Virus record (IMG/VR): IMGVR_UViG_3300019877_000005
Location: 1-37,879 of that record
Length of the DNA stretch: 37,879 bases
DNA from: a virus
Lineage: Duplodnaviria > Caudoviricetes
Strand: one strand, 5' to 3'
Shown here: positions 1 through 8,978 of the stretch, one piece after another
How positions within the stretch are numbered: the stretch's first letter is position 1
Layout: the number at the start of each line of letters is the position of its first letter
Notes under the pieces: model-generated
Databases searched by the model: none
Seen by the model: the letters and a program-made list of their open reading frames with translations, nothing else
What the model was told of the DNA's origin: nothing
Position numbers and translations under genes: made by a program

Positions 1-8
1 AGTTATCA

Positions 9-134
9 ACGCCGCCGGCGTTGATAACTTTGCTCACCCACAAACGTTAGGGCCAAACCTAAGGCCTCCAACAACTAATGATATCCAAAATCCAGGAACT
101 CAGTGGCTAGATAGTAGTGTTTCCCCTCCTATTA
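9..134. repeat. Terminal direct repeat, left copy (126 bp; circular assembly overlap)
   Basis: 9-134 is identical to 37754-37879. Confidence 0.95.
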
Positions 135-2158
135 TGTGGGAGACTGTAGGTGCTGGTATTTGGCTTCAAGGTGGTGTAGCACCAGCAACAACAACTTCTT
201 TTGGAACTGTTGAACTTGCGACACTATCACAATTACAAAATGGTAATGCGCCAGCAGGAGCTATTGTACCTTTATCTAATGATGTAGCAACCGTTATCGC
301 GGGTGTTGTGGCAGGCGCAGGAGTGCCAGCGACTACGGCACAGCAGGGATATGTTTTTCTTGAAACGGATGCTAATGCCGTTCTTGGTACTGCTCCTAAT
401 GCTAATACAGCTTTACAACCTAGCAATCTTGCAGCAGTTTTTGCAGCGCCTCCAGCAGGTGGATTTGGTAGCACAACGCCTAGGCCTGTTGCAGCAACAA
501 CATTGTCAACTACAGGCGCTGCAACAATAGGAACAACATTAGGTGTAACTGGAGCAAGCACATTAGCAGCTCTTTCAGCTACTTCGGGAGCTTTCTCAAC
601 CACTCTTAATGTTACCGGTGCTTCCACAATAGCGGCTTTATCTGCCACTTCTGGAGCATTTTCAACCACCCTATCAGTAACCGGGGCTTCTACTATTGCA
701 GCCTTATCAGCAACTTCAGGAACATTTTCAACAACACTTGGAGTTACAGGGGCATCAACATTTACCTCAGGAACATTTAGCACAACTTTAGGCGTTACTG
801 GACTAGCTTCATTAACAACACTTGCGGTTTCCTCAACATCAACTTTCACAGGATTAGCGACCTTTAACGGTGGTGCAACTATCGCAAGCGGTACTTTAAC
901 GGTAGCTGGATTAACAGTAGTTGGAACAACATTAATTAATAATTCTGGCGGTGCAGCTACTACCATCGGCGGCGCTGCTGCTGGTGCTATTGGGATTGTT
1001 GTTGGTTCTGCTGGTAACTTCACATTATCGACAGCTACAGCAGGCGCGACCATGGCAATTGGTTCAGCTTCACAAACCGGAGCAATTACACTAGGTGCTT
1101 CAACGGCTGGTCAGATTGTTAATATCTCCAGTGCTGCAACGATTTTAGGCGGAAATACTGTTAACGTATTAGCTGGGGCAACTCCAGGAGCTTCGCAGAC
1201 ATTCAACCTAATGACAGGTGTTGGTACTGCTGGAACATATGCAGTTAACGTTCTTACCGGAAATAGCACAGGAACTACCCAGAGTCTATCATTAGCCACA
1301 GGTTCGGCGGCAACTACGATAGCCATTGGTAATGTCACGTCAACTACTGGTATGACACTTTCGGTAGGAACAAATAACTTCTTAGTTAATGGTGCGGTAA
1401 CTTCAACTTATACTATTGGCACAGCTCTTGGAACTGGTCTAATTTCTATTGGCTTATCAACTGCTGGACAGACGGTAGCTATAAATAATGCTGCATCAAA
1501 TACCGTTGCCAATATAGTCAATATCCTTAATGGTGCAACGCCTGGCGCGAATAACACTTTAAATATAATGAATGGTGCAGGCACTGCCGGAACTCAGACT
1601 GTTAATATTTTAGCTTCTGGAGCTACTAGGGCGGGCGCTATAAATCTAGGCACAGGTGTTGCAGCTCACGTGGTAACTATCGGTCAAGTGACTTCTTCTT
1701 TAGTTGTCAATGCCCCACAAGTAAATACTTTAGCATCCGGCACAGCCGTTGGATTAACAATTAATACATCCGCAGGCACAGGGAGAGGCTTAAGTGTTAC
1801 ATCAAGTGGAGTATCAGTTCCAGATATTGCCTCTTTAGCTGGTGGTATTTTAGTAACTCCGACAGATGTTTCAGCAGGAGCAAGCCCTCTAACAGCAAGT
1901 AATAGGCACTTTAAGGTTGTATTTAGCGGTGTCAGCATAGCAGCAAATGCCGATCAGACATTAACAATTACCAACACCACTATAACAGGTGCAAACACTG
2001 ATATAATGATATCATGGTCGGGTGCAACAACAGGCTCAGCCGTTTCGTTAAAGAGCGTAGTACCTGGAGCCGGAACCGTGGCTTTGACTTTTACAAATGG
2101 TGTTGGAGCAACCACAACTACATCAAATATCACCGTTATTGGTTGGGTAATGAACTAA
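134..2158 (+). CDS. Long tail fibre/spike protein, 3' part (true start at 37723 across the junction, about 726 aa)
   Basis: G/A/T/S-rich beta-repeat protein with 22-aa repeats; frame is open from ATG 37723 (AAGAGG RBS) through the terminal repeat. Confidence 0.75.
   Translation: MWETVGAGIWLQGGVAPATTTSFGTVELATLSQLQNGNAPAGAIVPLSNDVATVIAGVVAGAGVPATTAQQGYVFLETDANAVLGTAPNANTALQPSNLAAVFAAPPAGGFGSTTPRPVAATTLSTTGAATIGTTLGVTGASTLAALSATSGAFSTTLNVTGASTIAALSATSGAFSTTLSVTGASTIAALSATSGTFSTTLGVTGASTFTSGTFSTTLGVTGLASLTTLAVSSTSTFTGLATFNGGATIASGTLTVAGLTVVGTTLINNSGGAATTIGGAAAGAIGIVVGSAGNFTLSTATAGATMAIGSASQTGAITLGASTAGQIVNISSAATILGGNTVNVLAGATPGASQTFNLMTGVGTAGTYAVNVLTGNSTGTTQSLSLATGSAATTIAIGNVTSTTGMTLSVGTNNFLVNGAVTSTYTIGTALGTGLISIGLSTAGQTVAINNAASNTVANIVNILNGATPGANNTLNIMNGAGTAGTQTVNILASGATRAGAINLGTGVAAHVVTIGQVTSSLVVNAPQVNTLASGTAVGLTINTSAGTGRGLSVTSSGVSVPDIASLAGGILVTPTDVSAGASPLTASNRHFKVVFSGVSIAANADQTLTITNTTITGANTDIMISWSGATTGSAVSLKSVVPGAGTVALTFTNGVGATTTTSNITVIGWVMN
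533..802 (+). repeat. In-frame ~66-bp (22-aa) tandem repeats TTL(G/N/S)VTGAST(I/L)AALSATSG(A/T)FS
   Basis: Three full and two partial copies visible in the translation. Confidence 0.85.
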
Positions 2159-2196
2159 TAACATATTAGATAGAAAAAAAATAACAAGGAACCACA

Positions 2197-2394
2197 ATGG
2201 AAATTCAAACGCAAGCGGTAGTTTTAGTAAAAAAAGATGATAGGACATATTCATTTGTATGCGCAAATAATTCAACTCTTGGCGAGGTATATGATGTTAT
2301 CCAAGAAATGAGATCTTATATATTTGAACGTATCAAAGAAGTTGAACAAAAACAAAATGAAAAGAAAATTGAACCTATGCAAGAGGCGCAATAA
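2197..2394 (+). CDS. Hypothetical protein (65 aa), possible tail-fibre chaperone
   Basis: AAGGA RBS; TAATG coupling to the next gene. Confidence 0.7.
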   Translation: MEIQTQAVVLVKKDDRTYSFVCANNSTLGEVYDVIQEMRSYIFERIKEVEQKQNEKKIEPMQEAQ

Positions 2395-2738
2395 TGTCAG
2401 ATCCTGAACTTGACTCAGTCCAATGTATACCAAATGCAAGTTTTGACTTGGCTACTTTAACCGGATCGTTTCAGCCTTTGAATGGGTCAGGTACAGCGGA
2501 TAATATCAAGCAACTTGTTATATTTAATGGGTCTGCCGTAGGTGTTGACATTAGCTATGACGGAGTAACAAAGCATGATTTTTGGCCAGCGGGGGCCACA
2601 ATGATCTTTGATTTTCAAACAAATCATAGTGATAATCCTCCTTATGGATCTGGTACGAAATATCTTCGTGCAGGTCAAATTATCTGGGGAAGAACTTCGA
2701 TAACTTCAACATTTTTACAGATGAGCGGTTATCGCTAG
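2394..2738 (+). CDS. Small beta-rich virion protein (114 aa)
   Basis: Translationally coupled within the tail cluster. Confidence 0.65.
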   Translation: MSDPELDSVQCIPNASFDLATLTGSFQPLNGSGTADNIKQLVIFNGSAVGVDISYDGVTKHDFWPAGATMIFDFQTNHSDNPPYGSGTKYLRAGQIIWGRTSITSTFLQMSGYR

Positions 2739-2765
2739 TTGATTTTTAGGCTTAGGTACCCTATA

Positions 2766-2905
2766 ATTTGTAAACATGTAATAATAAATCTTGTATAAAT
2801 CCAGATCATATGTATCATGGAACTGCCTATAACAATGCTCAAGATGCTATCCGAGATGGTGCATACAAAAAAAGAAGCTTAACATCTTCTAGATGGATTA
2901 AATAA
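2766..2905 (+). pseudogene. HNH endonuclease relic
   Basis: Frame from 2774 reads TCNNKSCINPDHMYHGTAYNNAQDAIRDG, matching [26 protein letters not shown] of the 36270 HNH; no start codon; frameshift after IC. Confidence 0.8.
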
Positions 2906-3462
2906 TGAGTGAATTCCATATTATCTCAACTTCCGCTCCTCCTCCCCCAACAGTACCAACCAGTTTTACTGTAGATATTACGGATAATACTACTGTAATG
3001 GGAGTTCCTGTATCTGCCGTGACTGTTATACCTCAAGCTAATGTTTTAAGAGTAACTGGGGATAATGGAATTAATACAGTTGCATCCGCTGCATTCCCCG
3101 GGGTGATGATTCTCTATTTTACTAGGGGAGAAGTAACTACCATTGGAGCAACAACAAGCGCCTGTTTAACATATCCTATAAATACAGATTCTGCATTAAC
3201 AATGCAATTGATCGTGATAGGACGCGATACCACAACCGGGGACGCCGTCGGTGGATATTCCACATGTACTGTCAAGAATGTTGCTGGAACTGTATCGGTC
3301 ATCGGAACACCTGATATTATCGTTAATCGAGGAACAACCTTTGCGGGAACGGTTACGTTTACGGTTGCCGGATCAGGTTCAAACTTTATTGTTAACGTTA
3401 CCGGAGATGCTGGCAAGACGATTAAATGGACAGCAGTTTTACCAGGAATTGTTTCAGACTAA
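2905..3462 (+). CDS. Tail/virion structural protein (185 aa)
   Basis: T/V/G-rich beta composition; located in the tail cluster. Confidence 0.65.
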   Translation: MSEFHIISTSAPPPPTVPTSFTVDITDNTTVMGVPVSAVTVIPQANVLRVTGDNGINTVASAAFPGVMILYFTRGEVTTIGATTSACLTYPINTDSALTMQLIVIGRDTTTGDAVGGYSTCTVKNVAGTVSVIGTPDIIVNRGTTFAGTVTFTVAGSGSNFIVNVTGDAGKTIKWTAVLPGIVSD

Positions 3463-3471
3463 AAGGATATT

Positions 3472-4548
3472 ATGGCTGGCATAGATAATGATGTCTTTTA
3501 CGGGAAAAACTGTGATTATACAGGCGTTGCACCTCCACAAGAATCTAAGGGCTTATTCACAAATGGGCAATTATGGATAGGAACCACTGCCGTTAATGCA
3601 GGGGGAACCCATGTTAATGTTAATACTTTAACCGCCGGATCAGGCGTTACAATAACGAATGGTGCAGGAACTATTACAATTGGTTTAACTGGTGGAGGAG
3701 TAGCAGTTGAGCATTTAACAGCAGACTCCGGCGGACAACTTAACCCTGACGGATCTAACAATTTCAATTTATTAGGCTCAGGAAGTATAACCACGGTCGG
3801 TTTAGGAAGCACAATAACGACGCAGTTAACAGGACTTACTAATCATGCCGTTTTAGTAGGAGCAGGAACAACCACTATAACAAAAGTAGGCCCAACAGCT
3901 ACCGCAGGTCAAATTTTACAATCGGCAGGCGCAGCAGCCGATCCAGCTTTTTCAACTGCTACTTACCCAGCAACAACAACAGTAAGCCAAATCCTATATT
4001 CCTCAGCAACTAACGTTGTCTCTGGCCTTGCCACAGCAAACCGAGGTGTTTTAACGACAGGAACAACAGGAATACCGGTTATTACAGCATTGGCAACCGA
4101 TGGTCAGCTTATTATTGGATCGACAGCAGGAGCACCAGCAGCAGCAACTTTAACGGCTGGGTTAGGGATTACTATTACTAATGGTTCTAATAGCATTACC
4201 ATTGCAGCCTCACAGGGGATGACTTGGACAGATGTTACGTCAGCAACACAAACCCTTGCGGTTTTCAATGGCTATTTTACAGATAGAGGCGCAGGCGTCA
4301 CATACACATTGCCTGCAACAGCGGCATTAGGGGATTTAATAAAGATTGATGGAAAACTTGGACTTACGACAATTGCACAAAACGCCAACCAGTCCATTAG
4401 ATTTAGCTCAGCTATAACGACAGTAGGCGTGGGTGGTACAGCTACGGGAACTAATTTAGGCGATTGTGTGACGTTAAGATGCTCAACTGCCGGAGCTTCC
4501 ACAGTATGGGTTGCTGAGAACTTCGTTGGAAATTGGACGATTGTTTAG
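3472..4548 (+). CDS. Tail fibre protein (358 aa)
   Basis: Repeated GQL(W/I)IG...TLTAGxG(V/I)TITNG motif; C-terminal TYTLPATAALGD fibre-type module; AAGGA RBS. Confidence 0.75.
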   Translation: MAGIDNDVFYGKNCDYTGVAPPQESKGLFTNGQLWIGTTAVNAGGTHVNVNTLTAGSGVTITNGAGTITIGLTGGGVAVEHLTADSGGQLNPDGSNNFNLLGSGSITTVGLGSTITTQLTGLTNHAVLVGAGTTTITKVGPTATAGQILQSAGAAADPAFSTATYPATTTVSQILYSSATNVVSGLATANRGVLTTGTTGIPVITALATDGQLIIGSTAGAPAAATLTAGLGITITNGSNSITIAASQGMTWTDVTSATQTLAVFNGYFTDRGAGVTYTLPATAALGDLIKIDGKLGLTTIAQNANQSIRFSSAITTVGVGGTATGTNLGDCVTLRCSTAGASTVWVAENFVGNWTIV

Positions 4549-5163
4549 ATGGGGTCTATTAATTGCATAAATGAGAAAAACATTGGAATTCAGTCACTGG
4601 CATCGTCAGGCGTAATCAATGGCGTTACGATTACAGGGACAGCGAATCAGATAAGTATTTCCTCAAATGCTGATGGGACGGCTGGAAATCCAACGGTAGC
4701 ACGCTCAGCAACAATAGTTAATAGCACTCAACCTTGTTTCATGGCGTATTTAAGCGGAAACTTGACGGATGTAACGGGCGATGGCACTAATTATACAGTA
4801 ATTTTTGATACAAAAGCATTTGACCAAGGCACTAATTACAGCACATCGACCGGAAACTTTACTGCCCCGGTGACCGGATTATACTTATTAACATCCTCTA
4901 TAACTTTGTCTGGAGTGTTAGCAGGTAATTCAAGTGCAAACTTAAGGTTTAATAGCAGTTTAAGTAAAGCCTATAGAGGGTTATTATTTAACCCTTTTAC
5001 AATATCTGTTTCAGGTGTTGTCGGGGTGAGTTTTTCTTTATTTGTTAAGTTGACTGCAGCTGAAAACATAGCCTCGCAGATTATTGTGAGTAATGGCACA
5101 AAAGTAGTAGATGTTTTATCAGGCTCGGTAAGTAGTTTTTTTTCCGGTGCATTGATTACATAG
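4549..5163 (+). CDS. C1q-like domain tail protein 1
   Basis: F-x-A-Y...VIFD...FDQGTNYSTSTGNFTAPVTGLY C1q signature. Confidence 0.75.
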   Translation: MGSINCINEKNIGIQSLASSGVINGVTITGTANQISISSNADGTAGNPTVARSATIVNSTQPCFMAYLSGNLTDVTGDGTNYTVIFDTKAFDQGTNYSTSTGNFTAPVTGLYLLTSSITLSGVLAGNSSANLRFNSSLSKAYRGLLFNPFTISVSGVVGVSFSLFVKLTAAENIASQIIVSNGTKVVDVLSGSVSSFFSGALIT

Positions 5164-5169
5164 GAAGTC

Positions 5170-5787
5170 ATGGCAATAATAAATTGTGTAAATCAAAATT
5201 CTACGGGAATACAGGTTCTAACCTCGACCCCTGCATTTGTTGGACGAACACTAACCGGAACCACTAACCAAATAGCTATCTCCAACGGTGACGGGACTTC
5301 GGGAAATCCCACTATAGCCCTTGCATCTACGGTATTGAATGCAACCCAACCAGCATTTTTAGCCTATAATAGTGCTCAGATTTCAAATATTACAGGCGAT
5401 GCCACAGCTTATACAGTTTTATGGGATGCTGAACAATATGATCAGGCCTCAAACTTTAATACTGGAACCGGGACTTTTACATCCCCGGCAACAGGAAAGT
5501 ATTACTTTGCATGCACATTGTCGTTAGGGGGATTGCTACTCACACATACTACCTGCACAGCTTCTATAGTAACAACATCGACAACATTTGCATGTATAGA
5601 CTTCAACCCCTTTACAGATGCAATAGGAACTAATATAGCGATTAATTTTTCAGCAATAGCAGCTATGACAGCTAATGACACTGCGACCATATTGCTTACG
5701 ATATCAGGTGGAACTAAAGTCGTTGATATCCTCTTTGGTTCATCGGCGAACCTTTTGAGTAGTTTTGGCGGATTCTTAATATGTTAA
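5170..5787 (+). CDS. C1q-like domain tail protein 2 (paralog of the previous gene)
   Basis: AFLAY...YDQASNFNTGTGTFTSPATGKYYF; aligns end to end with 4549-5163. Confidence 0.75.
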   Translation: MAIINCVNQNSTGIQVLTSTPAFVGRTLTGTTNQIAISNGDGTSGNPTIALASTVLNATQPAFLAYNSAQISNITGDATAYTVLWDAEQYDQASNFNTGTGTFTSPATGKYYFACTLSLGGLLLTHTTCTASIVTTSTTFACIDFNPFTDAIGTNIAINFSAIAAMTANDTATILLTISGGTKVVDILFGSSANLLSSFGGFLIC

Positions 5788-5829
5788 AATTAATCAAATA
5801 TGTGTACCATTGTGATAAAACAGGTACAC

Positions 5830-6438
5830 ATGTTAAGGAAATGCTCAGTTTGTGGTGAAGAAAAAGAAATCGAAAGATTTGTAAAACAGACAGGGAAATA
5901 TAGATCAGATCCCTACCGCAAAGATTGTAAAGATTGCAGAAATTTTCGCAGGCGTGAGAAAATTAAAATAGAGCCTAAATTTTGGAATCGAGGAACTGGA
6001 AAGGGTAGATGGACTGTAAATTATCATAAATGGAGAAATTCAGTTTTAGAACGTGATAATTTTGAATGTCAAGAATGCGGAGAAAAAGAAGTATTACATT
6101 GTCACCACATTATCTCTTGGAAAGAAAATTATGATTTAAGATTTAATGTAGATAACGGGAAAACCCTTTGTAGGTCATGTCATATAAGATTAGAATCATT
6201 GGAAAGACATAAAAAAGGGATTTCAAAAGAGACTAGAAAAAAAATGAGCGAATCGTTAAAGGGTCATACTTCTTGGAATAAAGGTATTCCAATGACGGAA
6301 GAAGCTAAAAAAAATCTAAGTGATAAGAGAAAAGGAAACACTCTTAATAAAGAGATTAGGAAAAAAATCAGCGATTCATTAAAAGGGCGAAAAGCCTGGA
6401 ATAAAGGATTAACTCGTTATGGCCCAACAAATTCTTAG
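5830..6438 (+). CDS. Free-standing HNH endonuclease with NUMOD3-like WNKG repeats
   Basis: ERDNFECQEC...LHCHHI...NGKTLCRSCH; ATG 5830 follows CAGGT; overlaps the next gene by 20 nt. Confidence 0.85.
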   Translation: MLRKCSVCGEEKEIERFVKQTGKYRSDPYRKDCKDCRNFRRREKIKIEPKFWNRGTGKGRWTVNYHKWRNSVLERDNFECQECGEKEVLHCHHIISWKENYDLRFNVDNGKTLCRSCHIRLESLERHKKGISKETRKKMSESLKGHTSWNKGIPMTEEAKKNLSDKRKGNTLNKEIRKKISDSLKGRKAWNKGLTRYGPTNS

Positions 6439-7936
6439 CACTAATACTTTTTGTGAAGCCAAATTTCTTGTTGATCCTGATGCTTCACAGGGTGGGTATA
6501 CTACTATTTCAACAGCTTTAACTGCGGCTTCGTCGGGTTCGACCATTTTCATACGCCCCGGAACCTATACGGAAAACCTAACTCTAAAAGCAGGCGTCAA
6601 CCTCTGTGCCTATGATTGCGATGCATTAACGCCAAATGTAATTATTCTAGGGAAATGTACTTACACGGGCGCAGGAACTGTTTCAATATCAGGGATACAA
6701 CTAAAGACAAATAGCGATTTCTTTTTAGCTGTCACAGGATCGGCAGCATCAATAGTAAATTTGAGAAATTGTTATCTAAATGTTAATAATAATACGGGGA
6801 TAAGTTTTACATCATCCGGTGCAGGGAATCAAATTAATATTGAAAATTGTTATGGGGAGACAGGAACTACAGGAATTACATATTTTACCATGACTTCAAC
6901 TGGAACAATGTTCATACAAAATTGTCATTTTGAAAATAGTGGAAATTCTGTAACAAATTCTACTAATTCCGCAGGATCAGTTTATATTAATAGCAGCAGA
7001 TTTGTTTGCCCAGGTATAACAACAACATCAACCGGTGCTATTCAAATTAAGAATTCGGACATCCTTGTTGCTGCTGCAGGAAATACCACAATGATTACGC
7101 ACGGCGGAAGTGCTTCAAACAGTTTTATATATAATAGCTTTATCGGAAGTGGAACTGCCTCCGCTGTGTCTATTGGTTCAACTTTAATTATGGGCGGTTG
7201 CGTAGTTGATAGCAGCAATACAAATGCAATCACAGGCGCAGGAACGCTTTTAAACGCTGGGATTTCATTTTCAAATTCAAGTGATACAATAAATACTACT
7301 ACTCAAACAGCAAGAACATTCAGGAGTGGGATATTCGGTTCTAACGTTACAGGAACTACCGCAGATTCAACTTATCAATCTCAAATAGTCGGCGGACAAT
7401 CCTGGATGTGGGGTCTGGATAATAGTGATACAGATGCGTATGTTTTGGCCTCTTCAGCGGCATTAGGAACAACTAACGTTATGAGAGTGGCTACTACGGG
7501 AGAGATTAATTATCCTTTACAGTCGGCCTTCCTAGCAACAGTTACGTCGAATATACTTGATGTAACCGGGGATGGAACAACCTACACTATTGTATATGAT
7601 AACGAGGTGTTTGATCAAAATGCAGACTTTGCGTCCGGAACATACACAGCACCCATAACAGGAAGGGTTCAGTTATCGGCAAACGCATCTTTTAATCAAA
7701 TCCCTGTAGGCTCAACATCGGGAAACCAAGCGATTGTAACATCAAATAGATCGCTTAGAATTGGTTTGCTATCATGGGGCACGGTAGCTTCAGGAAACCA
7801 AGTAACTATCGCAGGATCTGTTTTGTGTGATATGGATGCTGCCGACACAGCAACAGTTCAGGTCACATTAACAGGATCTACAAAAACAGCAGACGTGAAC
7901 ACCACGAGTTGGTTTTCAGGCATAATTTTAGCATAG
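6419..7936 (+). CDS. Tailspike-like protein: pectin-lyase-type beta-helix plus C-terminal C1q-like domain
   Basis: YTTISTALTAASSGSTIFIRPGTYTENL beta-helix start; C-terminal AFLA...FDQNADFASGTYTAPITGR. Confidence 0.75.
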   Translation: MAQQILSTNTFCEAKFLVDPDASQGGYTTISTALTAASSGSTIFIRPGTYTENLTLKAGVNLCAYDCDALTPNVIILGKCTYTGAGTVSISGIQLKTNSDFFLAVTGSAASIVNLRNCYLNVNNNTGISFTSSGAGNQINIENCYGETGTTGITYFTMTSTGTMFIQNCHFENSGNSVTNSTNSAGSVYINSSRFVCPGITTTSTGAIQIKNSDILVAAAGNTTMITHGGSASNSFIYNSFIGSGTASAVSIGSTLIMGGCVVDSSNTNAITGAGTLLNAGISFSNSSDTINTTTQTARTFRSGIFGSNVTGTTADSTYQSQIVGGQSWMWGLDNSDTDAYVLASSAALGTTNVMRVATTGEINYPLQSAFLATVTSNILDVTGDGTTYTIVYDNEVFDQNADFASGTYTAPITGRVQLSANASFNQIPVGSTSGNQAIVTSNRSLRIGLLSWGTVASGNQVTIAGSVLCDMDAADTATVQVTLTGSTKTADVNTTSWFSGIILA

Positions 7937-7943
7937 GGGACTT

Positions 7944-8237
7944 ATGAAGATTTCAGTTGATGATAAAGAATTGTTTACACTTACAGAGACACAGAAGAAG
8001 GTCATACAAAATGACATCCACTTGGATATCTTCGAAGAAGACATGAAAAGGCGACTTCAATATATCCTAATGCATAAGCATGAGAGATGCATGGAAAGAT
8101 TGAAAAAAGAATGGGAACCTAAGCTAAAGTCGCTAGGGGTAAAGTCTTTTCCTGCCGACGATGAAGCATTTGCCGAACTTGTTTTCTCACAACCATCCTA
8201 CAAGAGCAGAAGTCAGAGAGAATCAATTATCGAGTAG
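7944..8237 (+). CDS. Hypothetical protein (97 aa), possible fibre assembly chaperone
   Basis: GGGA RBS; charged helical protein closing the fibre cluster. Confidence 0.7.
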   Translation: MKISVDDKELFTLTETQKKVIQNDIHLDIFEEDMKRRLQYILMHKHERCMERLKKEWEPKLKSLGVKSFPADDEAFAELVFSQPSYKSRSQRESIIE

Positions 8238-8411
8238 AAGATCGGGCTTTTCTTCATGACAAGGGCATTGTGAACTATGCATTAACATGTATGGTTCCCA
8301 TAAATGCCCCTCAAACTCTATGACGCCGGGCTTTGGATAGTATTCATCAATATAATATGGCTCATCGGCACATAAAGACATAGATAAGAATATAAATAGA
8401 GCTATAGCCAT
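8223..8411 (-). CDS. Small exported protein with HxxxCPC motif
   Basis: Hydrophobic N-terminus ending SLCA; GAGG RBS. Confidence 0.6.
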   Translation of the reverse strand: MAIALFIFLSMSLCADEPYYIDEYYPKPGVIEFEGHLWEPYMLMHSSQCPCHEEKPDLLLDN

Positions 8412-8422
8412 AAAACCTCGGA

Positions 8423-8560
8423 TTAAAACATGTCGGAATCATCTTTATGCATGGGATCATTATCTTGCTTACGTCGATCTCTTTTTTCAGCTAGATAACT
8501 TGATATCAAAATCATGATCAGTATCACGGCAATGAATAAAAAAACTATTTGCAGAATCAT
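8423..8560 (-). CDS. Single-TM peptide (45 aa, MILQIVFLFIAVILIMILISSYL...)
   Basis: Hand translation; AAGGA RBS. Confidence 0.55.
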   Translation of the reverse strand: MILQIVFLFIAVILIMILISSYLAEKRDRRKQDNDPMHKDDSDMF

Positions 8561-8621
8561 GAAAATCCTTGTGAAATGAAATATAATTTATATATAACTA
8601 TGAAAAACAGCAAGAGCAAAT

Positions 8622-8786
8622 ATGAATAAATACATCTTCTCGTTATTTTTTCTTTTCCATTCCTGCACATACTCCATAACAATGGTTCATACTGAAGGCT
8701 CTGCTACAGATGTAGTTGATGAAACAGCAACTAATACCCCTAATGTTTCACCTACAATAACCTTACCAATGATCCCTGGAGTATAG
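8622..8786 (+). CDS. Putative small lipoprotein (54 aa, MNKYIFSLFFLFHSCTYSITMVHTEG...)
   Basis: Hand translation; hydrophobic leader with Cys15. Confidence 0.6.
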   Translation: MNKYIFSLFFLFHSCTYSITMVHTEGSATDVVDETATNTPNVSPTITLPMIPGV

Positions 8787-8787
8787 T

Positions 8788-8937
8788 ATGCCTTTAAAAC
8801 ATGGTAAAAGCAAGAAAGTTATTGGGAAAAACATAGCTGAAATGGAGTCTTCCGGACATCCTAAAAAACAGGCGATTGCAGCCAGCCTAAACGAAGCAAG
8901 AAAGAGTGGAGCGAACATTAAAAAGCCTAGAAAATAA
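8788..8937 (+). CDS. Small basic phage protein (49 aa, MPLKHGKSKKVIGKNIAEME...KQAIAASL)
   Basis: Hand translation; matches the common MPLKKGKS...NI...KQAxAxAL phage peptide pattern. Confidence 0.75.
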   Translation: MPLKHGKSKKVIGKNIAEMESSGHPKKQAIAASLNEARKSGANIKKPRK

Positions 8938-8978
8938 CCTTATTCTACGGTATATTAGCTCTTTAATAGGAGATAAGT

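Noticed and set aside
1-29. Perfect 14-bp inverted repeat at the contig start (AGTTATCAACGCCG-C-CGGCGTTGATAACT), suggesting a hairpin telomere
   Set aside because: The other copy of this locus (37746-37774) has different first 8 nt and continues an intact gene, and no protelomerase is seen; most likely a fold-back read artefact
166-1053. 295-aa minus-strand ORF and similar shadow ORFs opposite tail genes
   Set aside because: Antisense shadows of Thr/Ala/Gly-rich codons with no RBS or recognisable motifs
4549-7936. Diversity-generating retroelement acting on the C1q paralogs
   Set aside because: No reverse transcriptase and no near-identical template/variable repeat pair differing only at adenines
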